Positions 54,858 to 64,000 of a stretch of 64,000 bases of DNA are shown in pieces. The stretch spans positions 3,953-67,952 of the forward strand of contig JAZRFY010000026.1 in NCBI GenBank assembly GCA_045643885.1. The letters are read 5' to 3'. Each line of letters opens with the position of its first letter. Position 1 is the first letter of the stretch. The notes beneath the pieces are model-generated. The model saw nothing but the letters and a program-made list of their open reading frames with translations. It made no database searches and had not been told where the DNA came from. The position numbers and the translations under genes are program-made. Source of the stretch: Eubacteriales bacterium. GTDB lineage: Bacteria > Bacillota > Clostridia > Oscillospirales > CAG-272.

Positions 54858-55326
54858 AGCTCTTGGTGCTATAGGAATAATATTCTCAGGCTTCTGGTTT
54901 TACGTTGTATGTGAAGGCTTTCAAAAGAAAAAATCATCGCAATTGGATGGCTTTATTGAATTGTTAGCATATATTAGAAATCAGATAAAATGCTATATGA
55001 TGCCGATTGATTCTATATTTAAAGGTTGCTCAAAATCTATTCTCTTAAAATGTGGATATTTCAGCAATAGTATACCCAAAAATCTCGAGGAATTGTTAAG
55101 CAATTCAGTTCTCTATATTGACAATGAATCAGAGCTCCATCTGAATAATTTGGCAAGGGGCTTTGGAACAGTATATTTCAACGAGCAAATCAAGCTTTGT
55201 GACGATTGCCTCAATGAGCTTAATAAGATCCGTGAGAAAAATACAGTAAAAAGAAAAAATGACAGAAAAGTATCACTTGCAATATGCATATCGATGTCAC
55301 TTTCATTGATACTCATATTGATTTAG
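54844..55326 (+). CDS. spoIIIAB: stage III sporulation protein AB
   Basis: N-terminal TM segment, size, and position in the operon. The start is set at the ATG at 54844 (GGAGAG 6 nt upstream). Confidence 0.8.
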   Translation: MIVYKALGAIGIIFSGFWFYVVCEGFQKKKSSQLDGFIELLAYIRNQIKCYMMPIDSIFKGCSKSILLKCGYFSNSIPKNLEELLSNSVLYIDNESELHLNNLARGFGTVYFNEQIKLCDDCLNELNKIREKNTVKRKNDRKVSLAICISMSLSLILILI

Positions 55327-55339
55327 TTTAGGAGGTTTA

Positions 55340-55534
55340 ATGGGAATCGATATTATATTAAAGGTTGCCGGTATTGGAATCATAGTTTCAATATTGGCAC
55401 AAATTCTGAACAAATCAGGACGGGACGAGCAGGGGCTTATGCTGATAATATCGGGTATAATAGTCGTGTTTTTAGTAATAGTAGGAGAGCTTGGAAACTT
55501 GTTTGAAAGTATAAAGGATGTGTTTGAGCTTTGA
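55340..55534 (+). CDS. spoIIIAC: stage III sporulation protein AC
   Basis: A 64-aa two-TM protein with LNKSGRDEQG in the loop, typical of SpoIIIAC. Confidence 0.88.
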   Translation: MGIDIILKVAGIGIIVSILAQILNKSGRDEQGLMLIISGIIVVFLVIVGELGNLFESIKDVFEL

Positions 55535-55920
55535 GCGATACGTTTAAAATCTGTGCTATAGGAATTTTTTGCGCTATAGCTTGTGTAGTTATAAAGAGCT
55601 GTCAATCAGGTTTTGTCATTCCTACAAGGCTTGTTGGTATGATAATTCTATACTCATTTCTTGCAGTTTTGATTTCTCCCATAATCACTTATATAAGCGG
55701 CCTTATGGGTATGGCAATATCTATATCTCACATAGAATTAATGGTAAAAGCGATAAGTCTTGCGTATATAACTCAAATAACGTGCGATATATGTAAAGAA
55801 TGTGGAGAAAATACTCTGGCATCGGGAATAGATACAATCGGCAAAATTGAGATACTTGTTTTAGCACTTCCTCTTGTGGATGAGATCATCAAAATGTCGG
55901 AGGAGCTTGCCTCATGGTAA
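55531..55920 (+). CDS. spoIIIAD: stage III sporulation protein AD
   Basis: A 129-aa four-TM protein with a TTGA overlap start. The ITQITCDICKECGE region aligns to the SpoIIIAD AEFGAQLTKDAG region. Confidence 0.85.
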   Translation: MSDTFKICAIGIFCAIACVVIKSCQSGFVIPTRLVGMIILYSFLAVLISPIITYISGLMGMAISISHIELMVKAISLAYITQITCDICKECGENTLASGIDTIGKIEILVLALPLVDEIIKMSEELASW

Positions 55921-57050
55921 AGAAATTGCTCATAATCATACTACTTGTCTTATCAATTTTACCGTTTTTCAGTGTCCAAGCATATGCAAATGAAACTGAT
56001 GTTCCGGACGAATACGTAGACTTTATGAATGAATTGCCAAATGATATCAAGGAGCTTTTACCTGAGGGCTTGTTTTCGAGCAACTCGAACGAGATGCTAG
56101 ATGCAGCTGAAGAAATTTCAGGATGGGACTTCATATTTGACGTTCTGATAAATTTAGTAGGCATAAATTGGCGCGATATATTAAAGCACACGGCTGTAAT
56201 TTGCTCCGTGCTTGTTATTTCTTCGGTCATAAGGTCATTGAAGGACTCGGTTTCAAACGCGGCTACAGTTAAAATTATCGAGCTTATAAGCTCAGTAATA
56301 TTGGTCACAATCTTAATTGAGCAATCAAGAGAGCCTCTGACAAAAACCATGCAGCTATTAGAAAATATAAAGATCTTCGTGAATACCATGTCACCACTTG
56401 TTTGCTCAATGTATGCAATGGGGGGCAACGTAAGCTCTGCTCTTGTTTCTAATTATGGATTGATAGTTTTCCTTTCTATATTTGAAAATGTGTGTATATT
56501 GGCACTTGAAACAATTCTTGGCATATGCCTGGCATTAACGCTTGCGTCATCATTCGTAGAAGATGGCAATCTTTTGTCTATCAGCTCAGCATTAAAAAAG
56601 ACTTTTACTTTTATCATTGGATTTCTGATGCTTGTTTTTACTACAGTTATATCCACCCAAGGCATCTTAGCTTCACGGGCAGAGAGCTTAATCACAAAGA
56701 CTACTAAAATGTTAGTTAGCCAATTGATTCCCGTGGTAGGCTCTACTGTAGGTGAAACTTTGAAAACGGCAGGCGCAAGCGTTGAGTATCTAAGGACGAG
56801 CATAGGTGTTGTGCTTATTGTTGCTTTTGTTATTCTTATTCTGCCAACGTTTTTGAACGTATTTTTGCATCGACTGGCCTTGATTATTTCAAACGGAATT
56901 GCAGGACTTTTGGGATGTAGAAAGGAGGGAGGAGTTTTAAGCGAGATTTCGAGTATATACGGATATGCTATAGCAATTATTTCAATATGTGCTATTGCCT
57001 TACTGTTCCTCTTGACCATATTTGCAAAATCTTCGTCTCCTCTTACTTAA
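55914..57050 (+). CDS. spoIIIAE: stage III sporulation protein AE
   Basis: Signal peptide followed by a polytopic membrane domain. Size and position fit. Confidence 0.88.
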   Translation: MVKKLLIIILLVLSILPFFSVQAYANETDVPDEYVDFMNELPNDIKELLPEGLFSSNSNEMLDAAEEISGWDFIFDVLINLVGINWRDILKHTAVICSVLVISSVIRSLKDSVSNAATVKIIELISSVILVTILIEQSREPLTKTMQLLENIKIFVNTMSPLVCSMYAMGGNVSSALVSNYGLIVFLSIFENVCILALETILGICLALTLASSFVEDGNLLSISSALKKTFTFIIGFLMLVFTTVISTQGILASRAESLITKTTKMLVSQLIPVVGSTVGETLKTAGASVEYLRTSIGVVLIVAFVILILPTFLNVFLHRLALIISNGIAGLLGCRKEGGVLSEISSIYGYAIAIISICAIALLFLLTIFAKSSSPLT

Positions 57051-57554
57051 ATGAACAAATATTTACTGACAATCATCATCACGTCAATTTCAATTGGACT
57101 GTGCAATATAATTATTCCAAAGCAAAGCGGACTCGATAAAAGTGTAAAATTTATCGGAATGCTTATCATTCTCGCAACCGTTTTGTCACCCATCATCGAT
57201 GGAATAAAAAACATTAATGACGAAACCGTTGATTTGGTCAAGGACAAACTGTCTTTTGATGCCGAGAAAGAAAAGGATAAATATGAATTCATCTTAGAAG
57301 ATTATTTGTCTGATTATTCCTATGATTTAGTGAATGATTATATTAAAAATGAGCTGAATATTAAATTCGATATCGCATCCGAAGAGTGCGAAGTGAATTT
57401 GTCTATAGTCAACGAAGGAGAAAATAAAAAGATTTCTCATGTTCAGGTTCTTTTGTCCGGCGCAGCAATTTTCAAGAATCCGTATGATATTGAGCAATAC
57501 GTAAGCAGCATGCTTGGAGCAGAATGCTCGGTATATATAAAAAACAGGAGGTGA
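57051..57554 (+). CDS. spoIIIAF: stage III sporulation protein AF
   Basis: Two N-terminal TM segments plus a soluble ring-building-motif-sized domain. Position in the operon fits. Confidence 0.8.
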   Translation: MNKYLLTIIITSISIGLCNIIIPKQSGLDKSVKFIGMLIILATVLSPIIDGIKNINDETVDLVKDKLSFDAEKEKDKYEFILEDYLSDYSYDLVNDYIKNELNIKFDIASEECEVNLSIVNEGENKKISHVQVLLSGAAIFKNPYDIEQYVSSMLGAECSVYIKNRR

Positions 57555-57558
57555 GTAA

Positions 57559-58077
57559 ATGAAAGGGAAACAACAAGAAAAAGAAACCTTGCTATCATAT
57601 CTAACAAAGCAAAAAAGCACACTCATCATCATTATGGTTGCGGTTTTGGCATTTTTACTGCTTATTATTCCAAGTGGCACTTCAAATAATACAACGAAAA
57701 ATGATATTGATCGCATCGACGAGTATGAAAAGAAAATGGAAGCAAAGATTGCAGATCTTTGCTCGGGTGTAAAAGGTGTATCATCAATAACTGTAAGCGT
57801 TTATTTTGACAGTGGATTTGAAACTGTCTACGCCTATAATGAAGAGAGCAGAGCAACATCGAACGGAATCAATTCCGAAAAGAAATACGTTACAATCGGT
57901 TCAGGCAATGATGAAAGTATGGTTTGCCTGTTCGAAAGAATGCCCCATATAAGCGGAGTAGCCGTAGTTTGCAAAGGAGGAGGGAATTCCATGATTGCAA
58001 GCGAAATAATCAATCTTATTTCATCAGCCTTTGACGTTCCAAAAAACAAAATATACGTGGCAGAAGGAAAAAACTAA
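57559..58077 (+). CDS. spoIIIAG: stage III sporulation protein AG
   Basis: TM anchor plus the C-terminal GVAVVCKGGGN...IYV motif. Confidence 0.85.
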   Translation: MKGKQQEKETLLSYLTKQKSTLIIIMVAVLAFLLLIIPSGTSNNTTKNDIDRIDEYEKKMEAKIADLCSGVKGVSSITVSVYFDSGFETVYAYNEESRATSNGINSEKKYVTIGSGNDESMVCLFERMPHISGVAVVCKGGGNSMIASEIINLISSAFDVPKNKIYVAEGKN

Positions 58078-58148
58078 TCAGTATATGTTCTAAAACCCCA
58101 AACAGTGAATAAAATATAGTGTACTACAAACAAACGGAGGTTATTTTT

Positions 58149-58730
58149 ATGAATACAGAAGAAAAGTACGAATTGATAGAAGTTGAGGAAGTAAAGTTCT
58201 TTGATAAAGTCAAAGAATTCTTTGGAAAAATCGGGAGAAGAAATCTCATAATTATTGGCTCAGTGTTGCTTGTTGCAGTAGCAGTTTGTCTTAACTGGGT
58301 ATTATTTGCACAGCCAGATGATGAAGGATTCGATTATAATCAAGCAGGCACCGAGCTTGAAGAAAACGAAACCAGTGAAGTTCTTGCATACTTTGCTTCA
58401 ACCCAGGTGAGCAGAGATAGAGCGAGAGATGAAGCACTTGCAGTTCTCCAGAATGTCGTTGATTCTACAGACACAGATAGCGCTGAAAAGACTCAGGCAC
58501 TCGAGGATATAGCAACTATGGCAGCTAATATTGAAGCTGAAGCTAATATCGAAGCCATGGTTATGGCAAAGGGATTTGAGCAATGTGTTGCAATAATCAA
58601 TGACGGTATGTGCACGGTTGTTGTTATGAGTGAAGGTCTTCTTCCTAACGAGATGGCTCAAATTAACGAAATCGTATACGAACAAACAGGTATTAAACCG
58701 GTTAACGTTAAATACATAGAAAAGAAATAA
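58149..58730 (+). CDS. spoIIIAH: stage III sporulation protein AH
   Basis: TM anchor plus a C-terminal YscJ/FliF-like domain. The start is set at the ATG at 58149 (GGAGG upstream). Confidence 0.82.
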   Translation: MNTEEKYELIEVEEVKFFDKVKEFFGKIGRRNLIIIGSVLLVAVAVCLNWVLFAQPDDEGFDYNQAGTELEENETSEVLAYFASTQVSRDRARDEALAVLQNVVDSTDTDSAEKTQALEDIATMAANIEAEANIEAMVMAKGFEQCVAIINDGMCTVVVMSEGLLPNEMAQINEIVYEQTGIKPVNVKYIEKK

Positions 58731-58733
58731 TGA

Positions 58734-58759
58734 TAAGCACCGACGTTTGTCGGTGCTTA
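58734..58759 (+). terminator. hairpin after the spoIIIA operon (weak T-run)
   Basis: taagcaccgac-gttt-gtcggtgctta followed by aatcttt. Confidence 0.5.
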
Positions 58760-58779
58760 AATCTTTATAGGAGGGAATT

Positions 58780-59073
58780 ATGGATATAATCAGCACGGCA
58801 GATTTAAGAAAAAAAGAGATAATAAATCTTTGTGACGGAGCCAGACTTGGTTGTGCAACTGATTTTGAGTTTGATAGATGCTCTTCGGTAATTACAGGGC
58901 TGATACTCAAAAAAGAAAACGGATTTTTCGGACTTTGTGAATCCGAAAGAGTTATAATTCCGTGGTGTAGGGTAGAGTGCATCGGAGATGATACAATACT
59001 TGTGAGATTTCAATCCGATGAGCTTGCTTCTTTATGCAAGAAAAGAAGGAAAAGCTTCTTTAACCTATACTGA
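58780..59073 (+). CDS. YlmC/YmxH family sporulation protein (PRC-barrel)
   Basis: DLRKKEIINLCDGARLGCATDFEFD is typical of this family. Confidence 0.85.
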   Translation: MDIISTADLRKKEIINLCDGARLGCATDFEFDRCSSVITGLILKKENGFFGLCESERVIIPWCRVECIGDDTILVRFQSDELASLCKKRRKSFFNLY

Positions 59074-59107
59074 ATTGTAAACAAATTGTAAACTTTGATT
59101 TTGCCTC

Positions 59108-59137
59108 TTGAAAATATATATATGTATATGTTATAAT
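59108..59137 (+). promoter_or_regulatory. sigma-A-type promoter for rpsB-tsf (TTGAAA-18-TATAAT, extended TG)
   Basis: TTGAAAatatatatatgtataTGtTATAAT. Confidence 0.6.
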
Positions 59138-59283
59138 CGTTTGTAATTGTGCGAAAATCATGCACAATGATAAAAAATACACACACAGAGGCATAAAACA
59201 ATGCCGGTGTTGCTGGGTTTTATCTCGGTAATTGCGATTGTCGGCTATCTGTGGTGGAAAAAAACCGAAGGAGGACATGAAAC

Positions 59284-60015
59284 ATGTCAATTATTTCAAT
59301 TAAGCAGCTTCTCGAAGCTGGCGTCCATTTTGGACATCACACAAGAAGATGGAACCCCAAGATGAGTGAGTACATCTTCACAGAAAGAAACGGTATCTAC
59401 ATCATCGACCTTCAGAAGACAGTTAAGAAGTTTGAAGAAGCTTACATGTTCGTACGTGATATCGCTGCAGAGGGTGGCAACATTCTTTTCGTTGGTACAA
59501 AGAAGCAGGCAACTGATGCTATCAAGGAAGAAGCAACACGTTGCGGTATGTACTATGTAAACGTTCGTTGGCCCGGTGGTATGCTTACAAACCACAAGAC
59601 AATTAAGAAGTCTATCGCTCGTCTTAACGCTCTTACAAAGATGCAGGAAGACGGCACATTTGATCTTCCTCCTAAGAAGGAAGTTGCTACAAAGCAGAAG
59701 GAAATCTTCGACCTTGAAAAGAGCTACGGTGGTATCAAGAATATGGATACACTTCCCGCAGCAATCTTCATTGTAGACCCCAAGAAGGAAAGAAATGCAG
59801 TTCTCGAAGCAAAGAAGCTCGGTATTCCCGTTGTTGCTATCGTTGACACAAACTGTGATCCTGATGATGCTGACTACGTAATTCCCGGTAACGATGACGC
59901 TATCCGCGCTATCAAGCTCATCTCTTCCGTAATCGCTGACGCTGTTATCGAAGGTAAGCAGGGTGAACAGACTGTTGAAGTAGCTGCAGAGGCTACAGAA
60001 GTAGTTGCAGAATAA
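59284..60015 (+). CDS. rpsB: 30S ribosomal protein S2
   Basis: [27 protein letters not shown]. Confidence 0.97.
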   Translation: MSIISIKQLLEAGVHFGHHTRRWNPKMSEYIFTERNGIYIIDLQKTVKKFEEAYMFVRDIAAEGGNILFVGTKKQATDAIKEEATRCGMYYVNVRWPGGMLTNHKTIKKSIARLNALTKMQEDGTFDLPPKKEVATKQKEIFDLEKSYGGIKNMDTLPAAIFIVDPKKERNAVLEAKKLGIPVVAIVDTNCDPDDADYVIPGNDDAIRAIKLISSVIADAVIEGKQGEQTVEVAAEATEVVAE

Positions 60016-60048
60016 TTTTAATCTTATAAATTAAGTGAGGGTAAAATA

Positions 60049-60975
60049 ATGGCTAATATTACAGCAAAAGACGTTGCGGCTTTGCGCGCAAAAACAGGAC
60101 TTGGTATGATGGACTGCAAGAAGGCTCTTGTTGTGGCTGACGGCGACATCGAAAAGGCAGTTAAGCTTCTTCGTGAAAAGGGTCTTGCAACTGCTGCAAA
60201 GAAGGAAAGCAGAATCGCTGCTGAAGGTATCGTTGATATTATGACAATCGGCAACGTATCCGCTATGATCGAAGTTAACTCTGAAACAGACTTCGTTGCA
60301 AAGAACGACACATTCAAGGAATTCGTTAAGGGCCTTCTCAGAACAGTTATCAACTGCAAGCCCGTTGACCTTGAAGCTCTTCTTAACACAAAGTTCGACG
60401 GTACAGAAACACTCGTTAAGGATTCTCTTGTTGAAAAGATCGCTATGATCGGTGAAAAGCTTGACATCCGTCGTTTCGTAATCGTTGAGGGTACAACAAG
60501 CACATATATCCACGGTCTTGGTTCTATCGGCGTTATCGTATCTTTCGAAGCTGATGAAGCAGCTGTAAATCACCCTGGTTTTGCTGAGTTCTCAAAGAAC
60601 ATCGCTCTTCAGGTTGGTGCATATCCCGTTGCATATCTTAACAAGGAGTCCGTTCCTGCTTCTGTAATTGAAGAGGAAAAGAACATCCTTATGGCACAGA
60701 TCGCAAACGATCCTGCTAACTCCAAGAAGCCCGCTCAGATCATCGAAAAGATGGTTGTTGGACGTATTGGTAAGTTCTACGATAACAACTGCTTGCTCGA
60801 GCAGGCTTACGTTAAGGAAGATTCCCTTAAGGTTTGCCAGTATGTAGCTCAGTCCGCTAAGGAATTCGGTGGCAACATCGCAGTTACAGGCTACTGCCGT
60901 TTCGAAAAGGGCGAAGGCATTCAGAAGAAGGAAGAAAACTTCGCTGAAGAAATCGCAAAGCTTACAAATAAGTAA
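60049..60975 (+). CDS. tsf: translation elongation factor Ts
   Basis: ITAKDVAALRAKTGLGMMDCKKAL. Confidence 0.97.
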   Translation: MANITAKDVAALRAKTGLGMMDCKKALVVADGDIEKAVKLLREKGLATAAKKESRIAAEGIVDIMTIGNVSAMIEVNSETDFVAKNDTFKEFVKGLLRTVINCKPVDLEALLNTKFDGTETLVKDSLVEKIAMIGEKLDIRRFVIVEGTTSTYIHGLGSIGVIVSFEADEAAVNHPGFAEFSKNIALQVGAYPVAYLNKESVPASVIEEEKNILMAQIANDPANSKKPAQIIEKMVVGRIGKFYDNNCLLEQAYVKEDSLKVCQYVAQSAKEFGGNIAVTGYCRFEKGEGIQKKEENFAEEIAKLTNK

Positions 60976-60992
60976 TTTGTAAAAATAAAATT

Positions 60993-61026
60993 AGTTGCCT
61001 GGATTTAATTCAGGCAACTTTTTTTG
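60993..61026 (+). terminator. intrinsic terminator
   Basis: agttgcctg-gatttaatt-caggcaact followed by TTTTTTT. Confidence 0.85.
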
Positions 61027-61042
61027 TTATAATGGAGGATTT

Positions 61043-61567
61043 ATGAATATAAGATCGTCTACAATTAAAACTGAAAGACTCACTCTTCACGGACTCAATG
61101 TCTCAGATGCAGAAAATATGATAGATATCCTTACAAATGAAGAGGTAGCATTAACATATATGCTTCCTAAATTCACATGTAGGGAAGAAGCATATAAGCT
61201 TTTTGAAAGAATAATGAATCTCTCAAATTCTGAAGACAAATTCGTATATGGCATATATCTTAATGAAAGAATCATTGGTTTTACTAATGAGGTAGAAAAA
61301 AACGATGAATTTATTGAGCTTGGATATGTAATCGATCCTGAATTCAAGGGGAACGGATATGCAACCGAGGCACTTAAAGCATCTATAAAAGAGCTTTTTT
61401 CCATGGGATATCCTTCAGTAAAGACAGGTGCTTTTGAGAAAAATGTAGCAAGTATGCGTGTGATGGAAAAGTGTGGCATGACAAGATGCGATTTTACTGA
61501 AACCGTAGAATATAACGGAAAACAAATTAATTGCATTATTTATATGATAAAGAAAGCATCCGAATGA
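61043..61567 (+). CDS. GNAT family N-acetyltransferase (RimJ/RimL-like)
   Basis: TERLTLHGL N-terminus and the acetyl-CoA region GNGYATEALKA. The start is set at the ATG at 61043 (GGAGG upstream). Confidence 0.85.
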   Translation: MNIRSSTIKTERLTLHGLNVSDAENMIDILTNEEVALTYMLPKFTCREEAYKLFERIMNLSNSEDKFVYGIYLNERIIGFTNEVEKNDEFIELGYVIDPEFKGNGYATEALKASIKELFSMGYPSVKTGAFEKNVASMRVMEKCGMTRCDFTETVEYNGKQINCIIYMIKKASE

Positions 61568-61587
61568 AATCTTCGGATGCCTTTTTG
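61556..61587. terminator. bidirectional intrinsic terminator
   Basis: gcatccgaa-tgaaatc-ttcggatgc followed by cTTTTTg. Confidence 0.8.
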
Positions 61588-61590
61588 TTA

Positions 61591-63090
61591 TTAAGATTTA
61601 AAAGCCTTTTCATATGCAGCCTTTGCGCCCATCATAACGTTTGCAAGACCGCCTGCGTTCTCACTTTGTTGTCCAACGAAGAAGAGATTCTTAACGGGTG
61701 TTATATGAGTTGGATTTTGTTGATTCCAAATAGGAACAACACCTCCAAAAGAGCATTTCTTCATATGAGTATACTCTCTATATTCAATTGCAGTCATAAT
61801 CTTCATAGTTGTTATATGCTTTGAAAGATCAGGAATTTGCTTTTCTGCAAGAGAAATAAGAGTTTTAGCATATTCTTCTTTTTTGTCCTCCCATGATGCA
61901 TCTTTAAGCGTGTCGGGAGCAACTGTATAAATTGTAAGACAATGCTTTCCTTCGGGAGCAAATTCAGGCGCATGGTGCGAGGGAACGAAAAGGAGATATC
62001 CATCATAGCCCTCATGGTAAATACCTGTTCTGAGCTTTACTGTTGCTTCGTGAAGATCATACATTCCATAGCAATAAGAAAGAGCAGAGCGCATATACTT
62101 CATGGGATCGATATCAACACCGAGATGAAGCATAAACACTGCCTCCATAGGTCTGAAGGTGTTGAGAATATTTAGATAATTCTCATCAAGATGCTCGGCA
62201 CCAACTGTGTCAAAGAAGAAATCCTTGCCACCACCGCAACCTACTACCATATCGCTTTCGATTACGTCACCGTTTTGGAGTCTTATGCCCTTAACGGTCT
62301 TATCTTCTACCAATACCTTCTCAACGATAGTTCCGTAGTTAATTTTGCCACCGTGTGAGATGATATAATCAGCCAAAGCCTCGGGGATCTTTTGGCATCC
62401 GCCCTTTATATAGCAATAGCCCGGATAATACTTTTTGCCATTCTTATAAAGAGGAATTCTCTTATCAAAAGCAGTTTCAAAGTTAGTAAATACAACTGCA
62501 AGACCTTGAGCTTCAGAAGGATCTGCACAGAAATCAGCAAGGATTCCGGTGTAAAGCGTTCTGATTTTCTCACTCTTGAAAAAGTGTTTTGTGAGCTCAT
62601 CTGCATTCATATTTACGTATTTTTTGATTTTCAAAAAAGCAAGAGCAAGCTTAATCTTGTTAAAAGCCGTTTGGGGAAGAGTGGTAAGATATCTAAGATA
62701 CATTACGTCATCATAAAACTTATAGTATCTATCAATATTGGCAGCTTCTTCAGGGAAAAGCTCCTTCAATTTTTCTCTACGCCAATACGGGCCTTTATAT
62801 TCACTTGGAGTTACCATTCCATAGTCGGGCATTATGATATCTCTATCAGCTCGCATTGTTTCAAGGGTGATTCCAAGCTCTTTTAAAAACTCATATATGG
62901 GCTCTTCTTCAAGCATGTCACCGATAAGCAAAGGACCTTGCTCAAATTTATAGCCCTCATGCTCGCAAAGTGCTACAACACCACCAGGAGCATGATTTTT
63001 ATCATATATAATTACTTCGTGGCCATCTTTGGCTGCCATTGCACCGAACGTGAGACCACCAAGACCTGCGCCAATAATTGTTATTTTCAT
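61591..63090 (-). CDS. phytoene-desaturase (CrtI)-family FAD-dependent oxidoreductase
   Basis: N-terminal dinucleotide fold MKITIIGAGLGGL...IYDKNHAPGG. The ~500 aa length and C-terminal FFVGQQSENAGG fit the family. Confidence 0.8.
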   Translation of the reverse strand: MKITIIGAGLGGLTFGAMAAKDGHEVIIYDKNHAPGGVVALCEHEGYKFEQGPLLIGDMLEEEPIYEFLKELGITLETMRADRDIIMPDYGMVTPSEYKGPYWRREKLKELFPEEAANIDRYYKFYDDVMYLRYLTTLPQTAFNKIKLALAFLKIKKYVNMNADELTKHFFKSEKIRTLYTGILADFCADPSEAQGLAVVFTNFETAFDKRIPLYKNGKKYYPGYCYIKGGCQKIPEALADYIISHGGKINYGTIVEKVLVEDKTVKGIRLQNGDVIESDMVVGCGGGKDFFFDTVGAEHLDENYLNILNTFRPMEAVFMLHLGVDIDPMKYMRSALSYCYGMYDLHEATVKLRTGIYHEGYDGYLLFVPSHHAPEFAPEGKHCLTIYTVAPDTLKDASWEDKKEEYAKTLISLAEKQIPDLSKHITTMKIMTAIEYREYTHMKKCSFGGVVPIWNQQNPTHITPVKNLFFVGQQSENAGGLANVMMGAKAAYEKAFKS

Positions 63091-64000
63091 TTGGATTCTT
63101 TTCTTCTTTCTTCAAGCTGTTTAAGAACCTCTGCATGAGATTCTCTTGTGATGGGATATTTGAGAAGCAAGGGAACACAAATAAGCAAGAAAATTGCGGG
63201 AAGAAGAGCAAACATAACACGAATTGCCCACAAAGCGCTCTCAGGCTGAACAACTACTTCGCCCTCGGGAAGTGTTGTGGGGTCAACGTACTTGCCAAGC
63301 TCAAGCGCCCAGCCACACATAGCAGTAGCGAGCGCACCTGTAACCTTAGTAGCAGTTGCTTGCATTCCGTAGTAAACACCCTCTCTTCTTTCGCCAGTCA
63401 TAAGCTCATCATACTCGATAACGTCGGGAATCATAGAGTGAGGACATACCCACTGAGCTGAGAATCCCATACCTGCTATAGCTGCAAGAAGGAAAATAAT
63501 GTTGGAAGGTCCTTGAGGTACAAAGAATACGCAAATAAGAGCAGCAGATGCTATTGTAAGACCAAGAGCATATGTTTTAGCTTTACCTATCTTGTTAGAA
63601 ATGATACCACAGGGAACAAGGAATATAGCAAGTACACCAAGCATAGAAAGCATGATGAAGAGTGATGAAGAATTCATATCAAGCTGATAGTCAATGTAGT
63701 ACTGAAGCATAGCAGTAACGGTTGTAAAGCTAATGCTCATAATCATAGTAACTACAAGATAACTAATAAACGGCTTGTTTTTGAATGTTGTAAGAATAGA
63801 TTTGATAGGGGGCATCTGAGGAGGCTTTTCTTCAACTGCGGGCTTGTACTTGAGGAACAAACCGGGAATAAGTATTGAAATGCCTGCAAGAATACCGTAA
63901 ATAAGGCTTACGATGCTCCAACCCTCGTGTTCAGTTACGTCAAAGGAGCTGCTCACAATGCCGGCAAGCATTGACGTAAGACCTGCACCTGCGAGATAAC
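63087..64000 (-). CDS. GPH-family (MelB/YicJ-like, MFS_2) cation symporter, N-terminus outside the window
   Basis: The frame stays open upstream of the track Met (63971) to the window edge. TM-rich with DVIEYDELMTGERREG (the GPH loop motif). ATGA overlap with the downstream CrtI-like gene. Confidence 0.8.
   Translation of the reverse strand, partial: YLAGAGLTSMLAGIVSSSFDVTEHEGWSIVSLIYGILAGISILIPGLFLKYKPAVEEKPPQMPPIKSILTTFKNKPFISYLVVTMIMSISFTTVTAMLQYYIDYQLDMNSSSLFIMLSMLGVLAIFLVPCGIISNKIGKAKTYALGLTIASAALICVFFVPQGPSNIIFLLAAIAGMGFSAQWVCPHSMIPDVIEYDELMTGERREGVYYGMQATATKVTGALATAMCGWALELGKYVDPTTLPEGEVVVQPESALWAIRVMFALLPAIFLLICVPLLLKYPITRESHAEVLKQLEERRKESK

Noticed and set aside
1-64000. Scan for rRNA, tRNA, tmRNA, CRISPR arrays, IS elements, integrases, phage genes, toxin-antitoxin pairs or known defence systems.
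   Set aside because: I recognised none. No spaced repeat arrays appear, no GTTCGA(A/G)TC-type tRNA T-arms occur in the intergenic gaps, and no transposase-, recombinase- or defence-like ORFs are present. The scan was by eye only, so small RNAs could have been missed.

Overview
This window is a densely coded chromosomal segment from an AT-rich, endospore-forming Firmicute. The class looks like Clostridia, possibly Oscillospirales/Ruminococcaceae-like, but that call is inference from gene content and codon usage only. About 70 protein genes are supported. Most are housekeeping or sporulation core: tig-clpP-clpX, lepB-rbgA-rnhB-yraN, greA-lysS, dxs, glpK, rpsB-tsf, trmK-nif3, rsmE, thrC, sigG, the full spoIIIAA-AH operon, ylmC/ymxH and a DUF1540 spore-type gene. 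I recognised no rRNA, tRNA, CRISPR array, transposase, integrase or prophage genes. Intergenic gaps are short, at most about 370 nt, and most carry recognisable sigma-A-like promoters or stem-loop plus T-run terminators. The least ordinary part is the left end (1-8796). There, a six-gene minus-strand operon joins a MalK/UgpAEB-type ABC importer to a secreted staphylococcal-nuclease-family lipoprotein and a lipoprotein of more than 918 aa. That large gene is missing from the supplied ORF track because it runs off the window. Other points worth a second look:
- a predicted ~210-nt structured leader in front of a CNNM/CorC-type gene;
- an NfeD-SPFH operon whose SPFH domain carries an ~87-aa in-frame insertion;
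- several apparently catalytically degenerate enzyme paralogs (UxaC-like, PrpE/ApaH-like phosphoesterase, E2-like acyltransferase);
- a Cys-cluster protein next to sigG;
- a translationally coupled split MMPL/RND transporter;
- a GPH transporter overlapping a CrtI-like oxidoreductase.
All family assignments come from motifs read by eye. No database search was run.
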